Notes: a model not told the origin generated them from the sequence alone. Shown: positions 17,235-27,148, counted from the stretch's first letter. The stretch is 64,000 bases of DNA from Pseudomonadota bacterium (GCA_034439715.1 JAWXAY010000010.1:1-64000), one strand, 5' to 3'. Translations and numbers: made by a program.

Positions 17235-17753
17235 TCATTGTCGATATAATTCGGTCAATCCGTGCTGTTCCAAACTTTGGGCGGAAGCACTCCAGTTTTT
17301 AAGCACGTTAAACACCGTTTTCACATGCCACTTAGCCCCCTTCTTTCGACAGGGGACATTTAGGCGGTTCATTTCTTCGACTATCTGCCTGTAAGAGAGC
17401 CCTTCCTTACGAAAGGCCTTCAGTTGATTGATTGCCCTTAGCTCGGAAGGGTTGGAAGTAAGCTGCCCGGCTATCCGCCGAGTCCCAAATTTTTCCGGTT
17501 CCAAGATCAACCGATCTGGGGGTCTTAACGGAATCTGATAGTGCATCAAATACCGCCGAACCGTCTTTCTGGAGGAAAGAGTTTGACCGGCGATTTCATC
17601 CATTGACGCCCCTTCTTCGAGGTATTTCTGCCGGAGGAAACTCTCGTTTCTAAATGACTTTACGGTCGTGAACTGCAATACATTGGTCATTGGCAGCGGA
17701 GGAAACAATGGTTGCGTCCATCCGTCGAGACTGAGCCAATTTTTCTCGGTCAT
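17235..17753 (-). CDS. HTH plus recombinase-domain protein lacking a catalytic resolvase domain (serine-recombinase remnant or regulator)
   Basis: LSYRQIVEEMNRLNVPCRKKGAKWHVKTVFNVLKN resembles the Recombinase domain of large serine recombinases; HTH segment MDEIAGQTLSSRKTVRRYL; start taken at internal Met. Confidence 0.4.
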   Translation of the reverse strand: MTEKNWLSLDGWTQPLFPPLPMTNVLQFTTVKSFRNESFLRQKYLEEGASMDEIAGQTLSSRKTVRRYLMHYQIPLRPPDRLILEPEKFGTRRIAGQLTSNPSELRAINQLKAFRKEGLSYRQIVEEMNRLNVPCRKKGAKWHVKTVFNVLKNWSASAQSLEQHGLTELYRQ

Positions 17754-17948
17754 TATGATGCATTTGAAATAACGAGGGTTTTTGAAATTACCCACCTTTT
17801 TCAAAAGTAAACAAAAAGTCAGAAAATCAACCACCACCCACGACGTTTTGAATTCTCACAGGAATTTTTATATGATGGGATTCGCGTGTATAAGTGAGGG
17901 GTCGAGTGTCGTCGACCACCATAAAAATGATCGTCCAAAGAGTTATTC

Positions 17949-19412
17949 ATGCGAATAATACCGATCATATTTTTCTTTCTTGGGTGCGCTTCCGTCGAGC
18001 GCCAAACGCCTCTTTCGTCTGCAACTATGAATCGAGTTTTATTTCAGTTGCGAGTTGGTAAAGAGTCACTCGCCAGTCGTCAGGCCCAGATTGCGATTAC
18101 AGTTCCAAACTCAGTCAAAAAATTTCAAGCACCGATATGGTATGGGAATGCTCCCTTATTTCTGAAATATGTTTCGGATATTAAAGCAGTGGACTCTGAG
18201 GGAACGACGTTATCTACAAGGATTGAAAATAATGTCGTTGAGGTAAAGCCCAGTAAGGCACCCGTTTACACTCTGAACTACACCTATAACGTACCTCAGA
18301 AAATTTCAGGTGCAGTCGATCTATCGATTCCCGTGCTAAATGCACAGTATGGCCGCTTTGACAACAACCTCACTTTTCTGGCGCCAGAAGGTTTGTCGGA
18401 CATGCCAGCTAAATTGACTGTTTCAGCTCCAAAGAATTGGAAAATTGCAACGGGCTGGGGAATGCAAAACGAAAATCTTGTTCCTAAAGTTTCTCAACTT
18501 ATTTCCGGTATGATCGCGATGGGAAAATATAATTTTTCAAGCGCTCAGGTTGGAGAAACGAACGTCGACTTTGGTATTATTGGAGATTTTCCCCATGATA
18601 TTGTAAAAAAGCAGTTTATCAGAGTTTTAGAAAGCCAGCAGAATGCTGTCGGACCACTAGCATCACGTTACATTTTAGTTGTCCTGCAGCCGGCGGTAAC
18701 AGATTCATGCAAGGGGACATCACTAACGAACGCTTTGGTTGTGAATATTCCGCCAAAAACAAAACTTGAACCATTTAATTTCCAAGCTATCGGCACGATC
18801 AGCCATGAACTTTTCCATCAATGGAACGCACATTACATTACGCCGGCACTTGAAGAAGGCGCGTACTTGTTTACAGAGGGCTTCACCAACTATTTTGCGG
18901 TTGCGGCCTTAGTGCAAGCTAAGCTAGTGCCAGAAAAAGCATTTGGGCGCTTTTTGTGGAAATATAGAAGCATGCTGGAAAGCAATCCAAGATATCCTGG
19001 AGCGGACTATGCAGCAATTCAGGCAGGATTATCAAAGGATGAGAAGCTACTAGATCTGGCCTATACTAAAGGGCCTTTTGTCGCGGTTCTTTTAGACTTG
19101 GCACTGCGAGAAGACACCGGCGGGAAAGAGTCTTTGCCCACTTGGTTTCAAGCTTTAGGAAAACAATTTGGCGGAACAAAGGGTTATCTTGTTCAAGATC
19201 TTCGTGAATCTGTGGTGAAACTGACTGGGAAGGCTGAAGGCAAAGCCGCTAAGGTTTTTGATCACGCCTTTTTGGGTGGAGAGAAATTGGATCTTGATAC
19301 TTTGTTTTCTGATCTTGGAATTAAATGCTCAAAGACTGGCGAATGCAGTCTTTCTAAACTTTCCCCTGAAAAGAAAATTTTGCGATCAAAATCATTTTCG
19401 GCAAGAAACTGA
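17949..19412 (+). CDS. Lipoprotein zinc metallopeptidase (gluzincin, M1/M61-like)
   Basis: Signal peptide plus lipobox FLGC; HELFHQW HExxH followed by downstream Glu. Confidence 0.5.
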   Translation: MRIIPIIFFFLGCASVERQTPLSSATMNRVLFQLRVGKESLASRQAQIAITVPNSVKKFQAPIWYGNAPLFLKYVSDIKAVDSEGTTLSTRIENNVVEVKPSKAPVYTLNYTYNVPQKISGAVDLSIPVLNAQYGRFDNNLTFLAPEGLSDMPAKLTVSAPKNWKIATGWGMQNENLVPKVSQLISGMIAMGKYNFSSAQVGETNVDFGIIGDFPHDIVKKQFIRVLESQQNAVGPLASRYILVVLQPAVTDSCKGTSLTNALVVNIPPKTKLEPFNFQAIGTISHELFHQWNAHYITPALEEGAYLFTEGFTNYFAVAALVQAKLVPEKAFGRFLWKYRSMLESNPRYPGADYAAIQAGLSKDEKLLDLAYTKGPFVAVLLDLALREDTGGKESLPTWFQALGKQFGGTKGYLVQDLRESVVKLTGKAEGKAAKVFDHAFLGGEKLDLDTLFSDLGIKCSKTGECSLSKLSPEKKILRSKSFSARN

Positions 19413-19425
19413 AAGGTTATTAAAC

Positions 19426-19722
19426 CTATGCCTTCTTGGCGACTCTCGGCACTAAGCTGATCGCAATATCGCAATCAACAATGCTTGCCGCTTTTGAAAG
19501 AGTTTGTAGAGATACACCCACGTGGTCATCAAATACACGATTTGTTGTCGTTGGACTGTGGAAAGCTTTGCGAAAAGCGTTTTTCTTCACCTTCTTGCGC
19601 CTGATCTGTTTTTCGAGTTGATTAACAAATGTGCGCTTGGCAGCCTTTGCCGCAACTTCAGTTTCAAGATTCTCTTCAGCCAAAAAATCGTCAAAAGACG
19701 AGCCCGTTAATTTGTTTTTCAT
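19426..19722 (-). CDS. HTH-type antitoxin (XRE-like) of a type II TA pair
   Basis: 98 aa; HTH VGVSLQTLSKAA; 4-nt overlap downstream of the toxin gene. Confidence 0.55.
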   Translation of the reverse strand: MKNKLTGSSFDDFLAEENLETEVAAKAAKRTFVNQLEKQIRRKKVKKNAFRKAFHSPTTTNRVFDDHVGVSLQTLSKAASIVDCDIAISLVPRVAKKA

Positions 19723-20168
19723 TTCTTTCTCCTTGTCGTCTTCGCGACGGTTTCAGCAGATTTTTGTTCATGAATCCATTCCTTCATTCGCTTCCACGCC
19801 AAATCGAGTTCTGACTTTGGAGTCTTCCTCGTGGTCTTACGAAAAAAGTGAACGAGGACCATGAGGTTGTCATAAACAAAAAATAAAGTTCTATACTCCA
19901 ACGTCTCCACTGTATGCCGAGCCTCGTAAACCGACTTTTCGTATTGACCTGAACTGGATCGCAAGCGGTCAACGTAAGGTCGATCTACTCGCCAATTTAA
20001 CTCCACAAAACGAATGTCTTCGCCCACAACCGTTTTGGTGGGCCGACCTAAGTCTCTCAAAATCTCCTTCACAGGCTCATGACCAGCTGGAGTTTTGAAA
20101 AAGACCGCGTTGATTTTCTTCTTGATATCTATATCGGCCACATTTCCAATGTACTTTATAGAGTACAT
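19719..20168 (-). CDS. RelE/ParE-superfamily toxin, phage Gp49/HigB-like (DUF891)
   Basis: LEYRTLFFVYDNLMVLVHFFRKTTRKTPKSELDLAWKRMKEW matches the Gp49-like killer-protein signature; true start may be internal. Confidence 0.6.
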   Translation of the reverse strand: MYSIKYIGNVADIDIKKKINAVFFKTPAGHEPVKEILRDLGRPTKTVVGEDIRFVELNWRVDRPYVDRLRSSSGQYEKSVYEARHTVETLEYRTLFFVYDNLMVLVHFFRKTTRKTPKSELDLAWKRMKEWIHEQKSAETVAKTTRRKK

Positions 20169-20322
20169 ATTTGCAAGTATCTTTTAGCGTACTGCCTCAG
20201 ATTGAGACACAGGATGAAACATATGAGTCTACAAGCTGTTTTCTGTACCAGACTGGGAAATTCTCTTTAGAATCTTCATCACAGTTGCTGCCTGCCACCT
20301 CGCTCCACGTTTACGGCTGGAA

Positions 20323-21300
20323 CTAACAGTTGGCCTGACACAATAGATCTGACTCAAATAATTTAAAGTGTTCATTTAATACTTCGACGTTATGGGATAA
20401 TTTGGACCTAAGAATTTTTATGAGATTGTGAAATGATTGCGGCAATTCTATCTGTACCGAATCTCTTTTAGTTTGCCCAATTTTTTCAAACAGTCTCAAT
20501 GATTGCTCGATTAAATTAATATGAGGCTGAGAAGCGTACCAAACCGGTTGAGCTAAATCATCCATAAGTACACCCACAAAATAGCGCAAAATTAAATCCA
20601 AATTCTTTGTAGAATCTCGATTCAAATGAGGATTGAAGAGCTTAGTTTGTATTTCTTCATACAGTTCCTGGTTCTTGGTAAAACCCTCTTTTTGGCCTCC
20701 CAAAAGATGGTCTGCCAAATCATGCGTTCCAAAGAAAGCGACCTGATGTTTTCTCAAAAGCTGCACTTGATCGAAAGCATAATTATTTTCTATTTCCCAC
20801 TTATTGGTTTTTAAATAATTTATAGAATGTTCTTGTGAGCTACAGAGAAAGGAACTCAATGCCCATTTGGAAACAATGACCAACTCCAATCCTCGTTGGG
20901 CATAACGACGGGCTACCTGATTTGGAAAAATAACAATCTGATCAAGCAAACCCTCCTCATTTATAGAAAGTGGATGGAGAATTAGGCTAAAATCTGGATG
21001 CTGAGGTTTAAATTCTAGGTGGTCTGGAATCCACAATCGAATTCCAATTTCTTGGCCGAGACTAATAATTTCAGATTTCCAAGGATTACCTGGAAAATCC
21101 TCCAATTTAATTCCCATGGTAGCACTCAGACGATCCCATTCCCTATTTCCCATTTCAAACTGAAGACCAAGACAAGTTAATAAAGATGCATATAGGGGTT
21201 CTTCAAGAAATGAAAAAACCTCCCCCTTCTCTTTTATTTTGGAAATGAGTTTATCTTTGAGATGGGGAGGTGTGGGAAAATTTTGCCAAATACGATTCAC
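20323..21300 (-). CDS. Hypothetical protein
   Basis: 325-aa ORF with good coding continuity; no confident family. Confidence 0.4.
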   Translation of the reverse strand: MNRIWQNFPTPPHLKDKLISKIKEKGEVFSFLEEPLYASLLTCLGLQFEMGNREWDRLSATMGIKLEDFPGNPWKSEIISLGQEIGIRLWIPDHLEFKPQHPDFSLILHPLSINEEGLLDQIVIFPNQVARRYAQRGLELVIVSKWALSSFLCSSQEHSINYLKTNKWEIENNYAFDQVQLLRKHQVAFFGTHDLADHLLGGQKEGFTKNQELYEEIQTKLFNPHLNRDSTKNLDLILRYFVGVLMDDLAQPVWYASQPHINLIEQSLRLFEKIGQTKRDSVQIELPQSFHNLIKILRSKLSHNVEVLNEHFKLFESDLLCQANC

Positions 21301-21304
21301 AAAC

Positions 21305-21619
21305 TTATTCTTCTAAAATTAAATCTTTCTTGAATGTATCAAGACAAAATTGGGCTTTTTCTTGATGACCAGCTTTATTGACGACCCCTTCCGGTGACAT
21401 ATGACCTTTAATGTAGGCTAAACATTTTTCAGAATCAGTTAAAAGATGACAGTAGGGATTGTATCTTCCCGCTTTTTCAGTTTGTTCAAAGGGCCCAATG
21501 GCACAGTTTCCAGCCAATTGATCAATGTCAGGTCCACGTGGAGGAAATTCTTCTGCCATCAAACCACTTGCTGTTAGGAGCGTTGCCACGGAAACTAGTA
21601 TCTTGTTTTTTGTTCTCAT
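21305..21619 (-). CDS. Small secreted Cys-containing protein
   Basis: Signal peptide; 104 aa; 4 Cys. Confidence 0.4.
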   Translation of the reverse strand: MRTKNKILVSVATLLTASGLMAEEFPPRGPDIDQLAGNCAIGPFEQTEKAGRYNPYCHLLTDSEKCLAYIKGHMSPEGVVNKAGHQEKAQFCLDTFKKDLILEE

Positions 21620-21737
21620 TAATCTTTCTCCTTGGTTGAGGTGTATCTTTCTAGGTACTCTGGAGTAAATTATGCTCGATATTTATTAATTTAAAAAATG
21701 AATTGATTTCATATGTTTTGTTGAATATTTTAGAACA

Positions 21738-22604
21738 ATGACTATCGATCAACTCCTCTACTTATCAGTAACTGCTCAAACCCAACATATTGGTAAAGCG
21801 TCGAAGATTTTAAATGTGAGTCCTAGCGCCATTAGCCATAGTATACGAAATTTAGAACTCGACTTAGGTATTAAGCTCTTTGAAAAATCAGGTAAAAATA
21901 TTTACCTTACCGAATCTGGTAAACTCTTTTCCTTACAAGCTCGAAAACTTCTAGATCAAGCTGAAAGTTTGCGTTCGAACTTTCGCTCTCAACATCTTCC
22001 GCTCGAGGGTGTCTTTCGTATTGGTGTAACTCATACCCTCTCCCATCTCTATGTCACACCTGCATTAGGGAGGATACAAAGGAAGCATCCTAAATTGGTT
22101 CTTGAAGCTTATAGCCTAAGATCTTCTCAAGTTCTTGAAATGGTTTCTCTAGGTAGACTTGATTTAGGAATATGCTTCTCGCCCAATCCTCATCCCACAA
22201 TCCAAAATATTCATAAATGGAAAATTCAACTCAAAATTGCCGTAAAGAAAAAGCATCCCCTTATTGGAAAATCACGAGATCATATTATTTCGCAACTTTC
22301 AATATACCCTCATGCCTCACCAAAAGCGTTTTCGGGAATTGAAATTTGCGAAAATCATCCCGCGCTTTTGAAATTTGGAATAAAACCCAAGGTCTCGCTC
22401 ATGTTTGATTCTTATGACGTGGCTATTTCTTATGTTAAGAATACAGACGGGTGGTGTCTCCTTCCGGAATTTCTCATCGAGTCGGCAGGCCTAGAAACTT
22501 TTCCGAATTTAGATCTCTATGCTCAGTCTAGTATTGACATTCTAACGCCTCGTGGTCGAAGTCTGCCCGCACCTATTCTAGACGAATTATTGTTATTATT
22601 TTAA
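21738..22604 (+). CDS. LysR-family transcriptional regulator
   Basis: N-terminal HTH (LNVSPSAISHSIRNLELDLG) and LysR substrate-binding region. Confidence 0.75.
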   Translation: MTIDQLLYLSVTAQTQHIGKASKILNVSPSAISHSIRNLELDLGIKLFEKSGKNIYLTESGKLFSLQARKLLDQAESLRSNFRSQHLPLEGVFRIGVTHTLSHLYVTPALGRIQRKHPKLVLEAYSLRSSQVLEMVSLGRLDLGICFSPNPHPTIQNIHKWKIQLKIAVKKKHPLIGKSRDHIISQLSIYPHASPKAFSGIEICENHPALLKFGIKPKVSLMFDSYDVAISYVKNTDGWCLLPEFLIESAGLETFPNLDLYAQSSIDILTPRGRSLPAPILDELLLLF

Positions 22605-22615
22605 AAAGACGCCAA

Positions 22616-24361
22616 TTACATTTTCTCAGGTGTAGGAATGCCCAAAAGGTCCAAGCCATTTTTTAGCACTCGGCCCGCGGCGTAGGCTAAGGCGAGGCGT
22701 GTAGTTTTTAACTCATCGTTGGCCGCAGTCCCGATAGGGCAATCGTGATAAAACTGATTGAACTTTTTAGCTAAGTCATAAAGGTAGTTGCAAACAAGCG
22801 CCGGCTTATGATTTTCAGCGGCACTTAAAACTGTGGCATTAAAATGCATGAGGTACACACATAAATTGACTTCAGATTTTTCGGCGAGGAGAGACCAGTC
22901 GGGTTTTATTTTGGCGTCAAAGTTCAGTTTGCGACAGAGGCTTTCAATACGAGCGTAGGAGTACTGAATGAAAGGTCCTGAGTCTCCATCAATTTTTAGC
23001 CACTCCTTCATATCAAATATAATTTGCTTGTTGTTGTCCATCCGAAGCATTCCGTAAAAAATTGCACCCTTGGCCACTTGAGTGGCTACCTTATTAATTT
23101 CAGGCTCGGTCCACTCGTCCTTGTAACGTGAAAGGTATTGGTCATTTACCACGCGCTCCATTTCGTGGATCAAAGAAATGAGAGGCACAATATTACCTTT
23201 GCGTGAACTCATAGCACCATCAGGGAGTTCTACAAAATTATACTGCAGATGAAAGCAATCTTTAGCCTGCGGAAATCCGAGAAGTTCTAAAACTCTAAAT
23301 ACTTGTTTAAAATGTAGAGCCTGCCTCATATCGACGACATAAATACTTTTTTGAATTTTGAAGTCTTCAAATTTTCGGCGCGCCAATTCTAAATCTTTAG
23401 TAGCGTATAATCCTGTGCCATCAGACTTTAACAACAAACAAAATCCCAGATTCTCTTTGGTCAGATCTAAACCGACTGCACCCTCTGACTTTTGCAATTT
23501 ACCTTCTGCCAAAAACTTTTTAACAAGTTTTACCGAGTCTGCATCGACTTCAGATTCCCAATACCAAGAGTCAAACGTGACGTCGGCCCAAGCATAAACG
23601 CTTTTCATCAGATCAATAGACCATTCGCGAGTTTCTTTCCAAAGTTCGTAATACTCACCTTTTTTTGCCTCTAGCTGTTTTAAAATTAGAGTGAGCTGTT
23701 CTTTATTTTTGGGTCCGTTCGGCGTGTTTTCTTCGTCTTCAAGTGCAATATGACCTCTTGAATAGTGCTTTCCCAACCACTCGCCGCGGTTAGTGGTCGG
23801 TACGGATTCTTTATTGTGATACTTCATATACCAGAGGCATTTGGCTACGTGAGTTCCCATATCGCCTGGAAATGTCGAGGCAATAATATTATAGCCGGAG
23901 TATTTTAAAACTCTCACCAGAGAGTTACCCAAACAGAGGTTTCTCATGTGGCCGACATGTAATTCTTTGTGAGTGTTAGGTTGAGAGTACTCCACCATTG
24001 TTTTTGGCGCATTTTCAGTGAGCGCTGTTTTGAAATAGGAACCACTGAGTATGGGTGTAATTATTTTTTGACCTACGCCGGCAGTTTTGAGTTTAAAGTT
24101 GAGGTAAGGTCCGGCAGCCACTGCAGAATCGATGATCTCGTCTGGTTTTACTTTTTCTTGGAGAGTCTTAGAAATCTGCGGAGGCCCTTGACGTAACAGT
24201 TTTGCCAGTTGAAAACAACCAAACGCCAAATGGCCCATTTCAGGATTTGGCGGTTCAACGAGGTTTTCATACACTTGCTTTATAGTTGCCGAATTTTCGG
24301 GAAGTAACGGGTGTATTATTTCTGCAATATGAATTTTAACGGGATTATGCAGAAGCCTCAT
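22616..24361 (-). CDS. argS: Arginine--tRNA ligase
   Basis: HVGHMRN (HIGH) and MSSRKG (KMSK-like) motifs, ArgRS N-domain; 581 aa. Confidence 0.9.
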   Translation of the reverse strand: MRLLHNPVKIHIAEIIHPLLPENSATIKQVYENLVEPPNPEMGHLAFGCFQLAKLLRQGPPQISKTLQEKVKPDEIIDSAVAAGPYLNFKLKTAGVGQKIITPILSGSYFKTALTENAPKTMVEYSQPNTHKELHVGHMRNLCLGNSLVRVLKYSGYNIIASTFPGDMGTHVAKCLWYMKYHNKESVPTTNRGEWLGKHYSRGHIALEDEENTPNGPKNKEQLTLILKQLEAKKGEYYELWKETREWSIDLMKSVYAWADVTFDSWYWESEVDADSVKLVKKFLAEGKLQKSEGAVGLDLTKENLGFCLLLKSDGTGLYATKDLELARRKFEDFKIQKSIYVVDMRQALHFKQVFRVLELLGFPQAKDCFHLQYNFVELPDGAMSSRKGNIVPLISLIHEMERVVNDQYLSRYKDEWTEPEINKVATQVAKGAIFYGMLRMDNNKQIIFDMKEWLKIDGDSGPFIQYSYARIESLCRKLNFDAKIKPDWSLLAEKSEVNLCVYLMHFNATVLSAAENHKPALVCNYLYDLAKKFNQFYHDCPIGTAANDELKTTRLALAYAAGRVLKNGLDLLGIPTPEKM

Positions 24362-24861
24362 CGACCCTCAGGTTTACCAGGAGCTCGGGTGATCGGCGTA
24401 TTTAATCCAGGAGTAGGCGCATCCTCGCTTTCCGATTTTAGCCCAGAATGTTCACCAACAACTCGAATGGCGCTAGAAAGTTTTTCGTCGACAATAGAAT
24501 TTCGTCTTAAGACTTCGTTCATTTGAATCAAGCGCATAGTGACGGTTCTGGTAATTCCCATAAACCATTTGGGAACCTCTTTAAGCTGTTGATCGATCGC
24601 CGACTTTTCAATTTTAATCGTGGTAACCTTTGTCAGAGCAACAGCGTTGGCCGAATGGGGCATGGTAGCAAGCAATGAAAGCTCGCCAATATATTCACCT
24701 GAGTTTACGAGAGCTAGTGGTATTTTTCTGTTCTCATTATCCATTTTGAAAATCTCAACTTGACCCTCTTTAATGATGTACAAACAAGTTGCCGCCTGCT
24801 TCTCGGTTAATAAATAATCTCCTGGCTTAAATTTTACTATTGTGGATTTTGGGTCTGCCAT
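24358..24861 (-). CDS. Cyclic nucleotide-binding domain protein
   Basis: cNMP-binding beta-barrel pattern (GEYIGELSLL...A.A); overlaps argS start. Confidence 0.6.
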   Translation of the reverse strand: MADPKSTIVKFKPGDYLLTEKQAATCLYIIKEGQVEIFKMDNENRKIPLALVNSGEYIGELSLLATMPHSANAVALTKVTTIKIEKSAIDQQLKEVPKWFMGITRTVTMRLIQMNEVLRRNSIVDEKLSSAIRVVGEHSGLKSESEDAPTPGLNTPITRAPGKPEGR

Positions 24862-24870
24862 TTTTCACCT

Positions 24871-25623
24871 CTAAAAATATAGTTTTAAGCCAGCGAGAGT
24901 TCCCGCCGAACTTGTTTTTGTTAGTGTACCTGAAGCCGAGGTTAATTCCAAATCTTCGTTAAACCAAGTGCCTTGAATTCGTAGAATGCCAAAGTCTAGA
25001 AAGAGAGTGGCCTCAATATTTTTACCCAAAAGGTCGGTGGCTAGATCAGACCTACTCTTTAAGATCTGTTGGTACAGGCCGATAATTCCCAATTTCTTAG
25101 CTAAATAGAGGGTAACAGAAGCACCCGCCATATTATTTTTGAAGGTTTCAATTTCTGCGCCAGAACCATCGCGGCGATTTCGTATTCCATAGAACAGCGT
25201 GAGATTGGTGTTTTGAAGATAATTGCCAAAAATTCGGAAGTTAAACGAACCATCCCAGCCAGTTTGGTGGTTGGTGGCATCTATGTACTGCCCTTCAAAC
25301 CCAAATATAGTGCTATAGGCACCGAGCAAGCCCCTCGTTATCTTGAAGTTAGCATTGGTATCAGTGACGTCCTGAGTGATCGTTTGGTCAAAAGTGGCAG
25401 ACTCGGCACCGATATAAAACTCGTACTTAATATCTTTTGTGTGAGCCGCTAGCCACATATCTTGAGAACTCATCTTTTTCTTGGTATCGAACCAGTCGGC
25501 GATGGTCCAACGCTTCTTTTGTTTCTCTTCTTGTTTTTTTGCTATGTTTATAATGTATTCGCCCTCAATGGCATGTGCAGAAATTGCAAAAAACGAAAGG
25601 AGAGAAAAGAGTATTTTTATCAC
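24871..25623 (-). CDS. Outer-membrane beta-barrel protein (hypothetical)
   Basis: Signal peptide, alternating pattern, C-terminal LKLYF. Confidence 0.45.
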   Translation of the reverse strand: MIKILFSLLSFFAISAHAIEGEYIINIAKKQEEKQKKRWTIADWFDTKKKMSSQDMWLAAHTKDIKYEFYIGAESATFDQTITQDVTDTNANFKITRGLLGAYSTIFGFEGQYIDATNHQTGWDGSFNFRIFGNYLQNTNLTLFYGIRNRRDGSGAEIETFKNNMAGASVTLYLAKKLGIIGLYQQILKSRSDLATDLLGKNIEATLFLDFGILRIQGTWFNEDLELTSASGTLTKTSSAGTLAGLKLYF

Positions 25624-25734
25624 AGTCTTACATTTAACTTTTTATTCAGAATTTTGAAAAGCATTGATTTTAATGCGGCGTGGTCCCAAAAGCCGGTCTA
25701 AGGACCGGCAGTCAAAACAAAGCGTAAGTGTCAG

Positions 25735-26466
25735 TTACATTTTCATGATAACCGAGATCGCGCCGCCAAATGCGCCAAGTTCAGAATTTGGACAATTGGG
25801 GTGAAGCTCTTTGCCCTTAGCTGCACCATGACAGCTCAAACAATTAGAGCCATAGTACTCGGGTATGATGTAACGAGCTTGGTTTTTTTCGGCTTGAACT
25901 TCAAAGTAGCCTTTGTTTTTCTCCCAGCCTTTTGTGGCAATCATTTCGTTCATGATTTTTCTTTCCCAGTCGTCAGCTTTGTTCTTGGGATTAATAAGAC
26001 AGTCGTCGGTAACGGTCAAACGTACCTCGTATTTTCCGCTACTTGTTGCTTTAAGTTTTTGACCAATTTCACGAGCAAACCGAAACGGTAAAAGTTTGTT
26101 GGGGTAGTGTTTTGACGCCGCCCAAGTTTCTTTAAAACCGTCGGCAAATGCTTTTGTAAATACGGTGTCAATGGAGTCTTTTAGATTTTTTGTAGCCTCA
26201 TTTGTAATATCAATTTTGATGCCAGTGGCTTCTAAATACTTTCTATCAACGGCCTTTTGTATTCCAGCCATATCAAGTCCGGCATCTTTTGGGTTGGTCT
26301 GCATGCTTTTGATATTATCTGCTACCACTGCACGTGCTGAGCGAAAAATTTTTGTGAGCGTTTTGGCGGTTTCTTCGTCAGCTACACCAAAGGCTGGCGA
26401 AGCAAAGCCGACCAGTACTAAAGTCATTCCTATTTTGAGAAAGTATGAAGAATTTAATAAAATCAT
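25735..26466 (-). CDS. c-type haem (CxxCH) DUF3365/Tll0287-like sensor protein
   Basis: Signal peptide; single CLSCHG motif near C-terminus; start may be at internal Met (26427). Confidence 0.5.
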   Translation of the reverse strand: MILLNSSYFLKIGMTLVLVGFASPAFGVADEETAKTLTKIFRSARAVVADNIKSMQTNPKDAGLDMAGIQKAVDRKYLEATGIKIDITNEATKNLKDSIDTVFTKAFADGFKETWAASKHYPNKLLPFRFAREIGQKLKATSSGKYEVRLTVTDDCLINPKNKADDWERKIMNEMIATKGWEKNKGYFEVQAEKNQARYIIPEYYGSNCLSCHGAAKGKELHPNCPNSELGAFGGAISVIMKM

Positions 26467-26635
26467 AAAAGAGCTCCCGGGTTACAAACAGAGTAGAAAA
26501 AAGAATGAATATGCTATTGATTTTGAAAATCTGATTCCGATACTGCAAGTGTAAAAGGAGAATAATGACTACCTTCGCCGTGTTGCGTTGGGACTAAAGG
26601 TGTAAATCGGATATGAAATTTTGGGAGCGCGCTAA

Positions 26636-27148
26636 GTGAGTGAAGACATAAAACAACTCCAAAGGGATGGAAACGAAAGTTCTGTTAATGACGAAAACAT
26701 TAATAATAAGTACCTTCTTTTTCGCCTTGGAGAAGAGCTTTATGGCACCCCTTTGTTGGGAGTACGCGAAGTGGTTGAACCTCAGGCCCCAAAGCCAATT
26801 CCCAATACGGCAAAACACTTTTCGGGAGTCATCAATATTCGTGGAGAAATTGTGGGAGTATTAGACTTGAGAACCAGGTTTAATCATAATGCAGAGACCG
26901 GAGTTAATATGGCGCTCATGGTTTTTAGTACCGACGGCGGCCCGATGGCAGGGTTGGTAGATCGAGTGGAGTCGGTTATAAGTCTTTCAGAAAAAGAAAT
27001 CGAACGCAATCCCAACATAGGAATCGAAATTCTCCGTGAAGCGCTGATTGGAGTCGGCAAGTACAACAAGCATCTTATTACGTTGATTGATTTACACAAA
27101 ATATTACAAGCACATAGTTCAGAGAATAACAAAAAATTAACAGGTTGA
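26636..27148 (+). CDS. cheW: Chemotaxis coupling protein CheW
   Basis: CheW domain pattern (YLLFRLGEELYG...GVINIRGEIVGVLDLR); GTG start. Confidence 0.75.
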   Translation: MSEDIKQLQRDGNESSVNDENINNKYLLFRLGEELYGTPLLGVREVVEPQAPKPIPNTAKHFSGVINIRGEIVGVLDLRTRFNHNAETGVNMALMVFSTDGGPMAGLVDRVESVISLSEKEIERNPNIGIEILREALIGVGKYNKHLITLIDLHKILQAHSSENNKKLTG

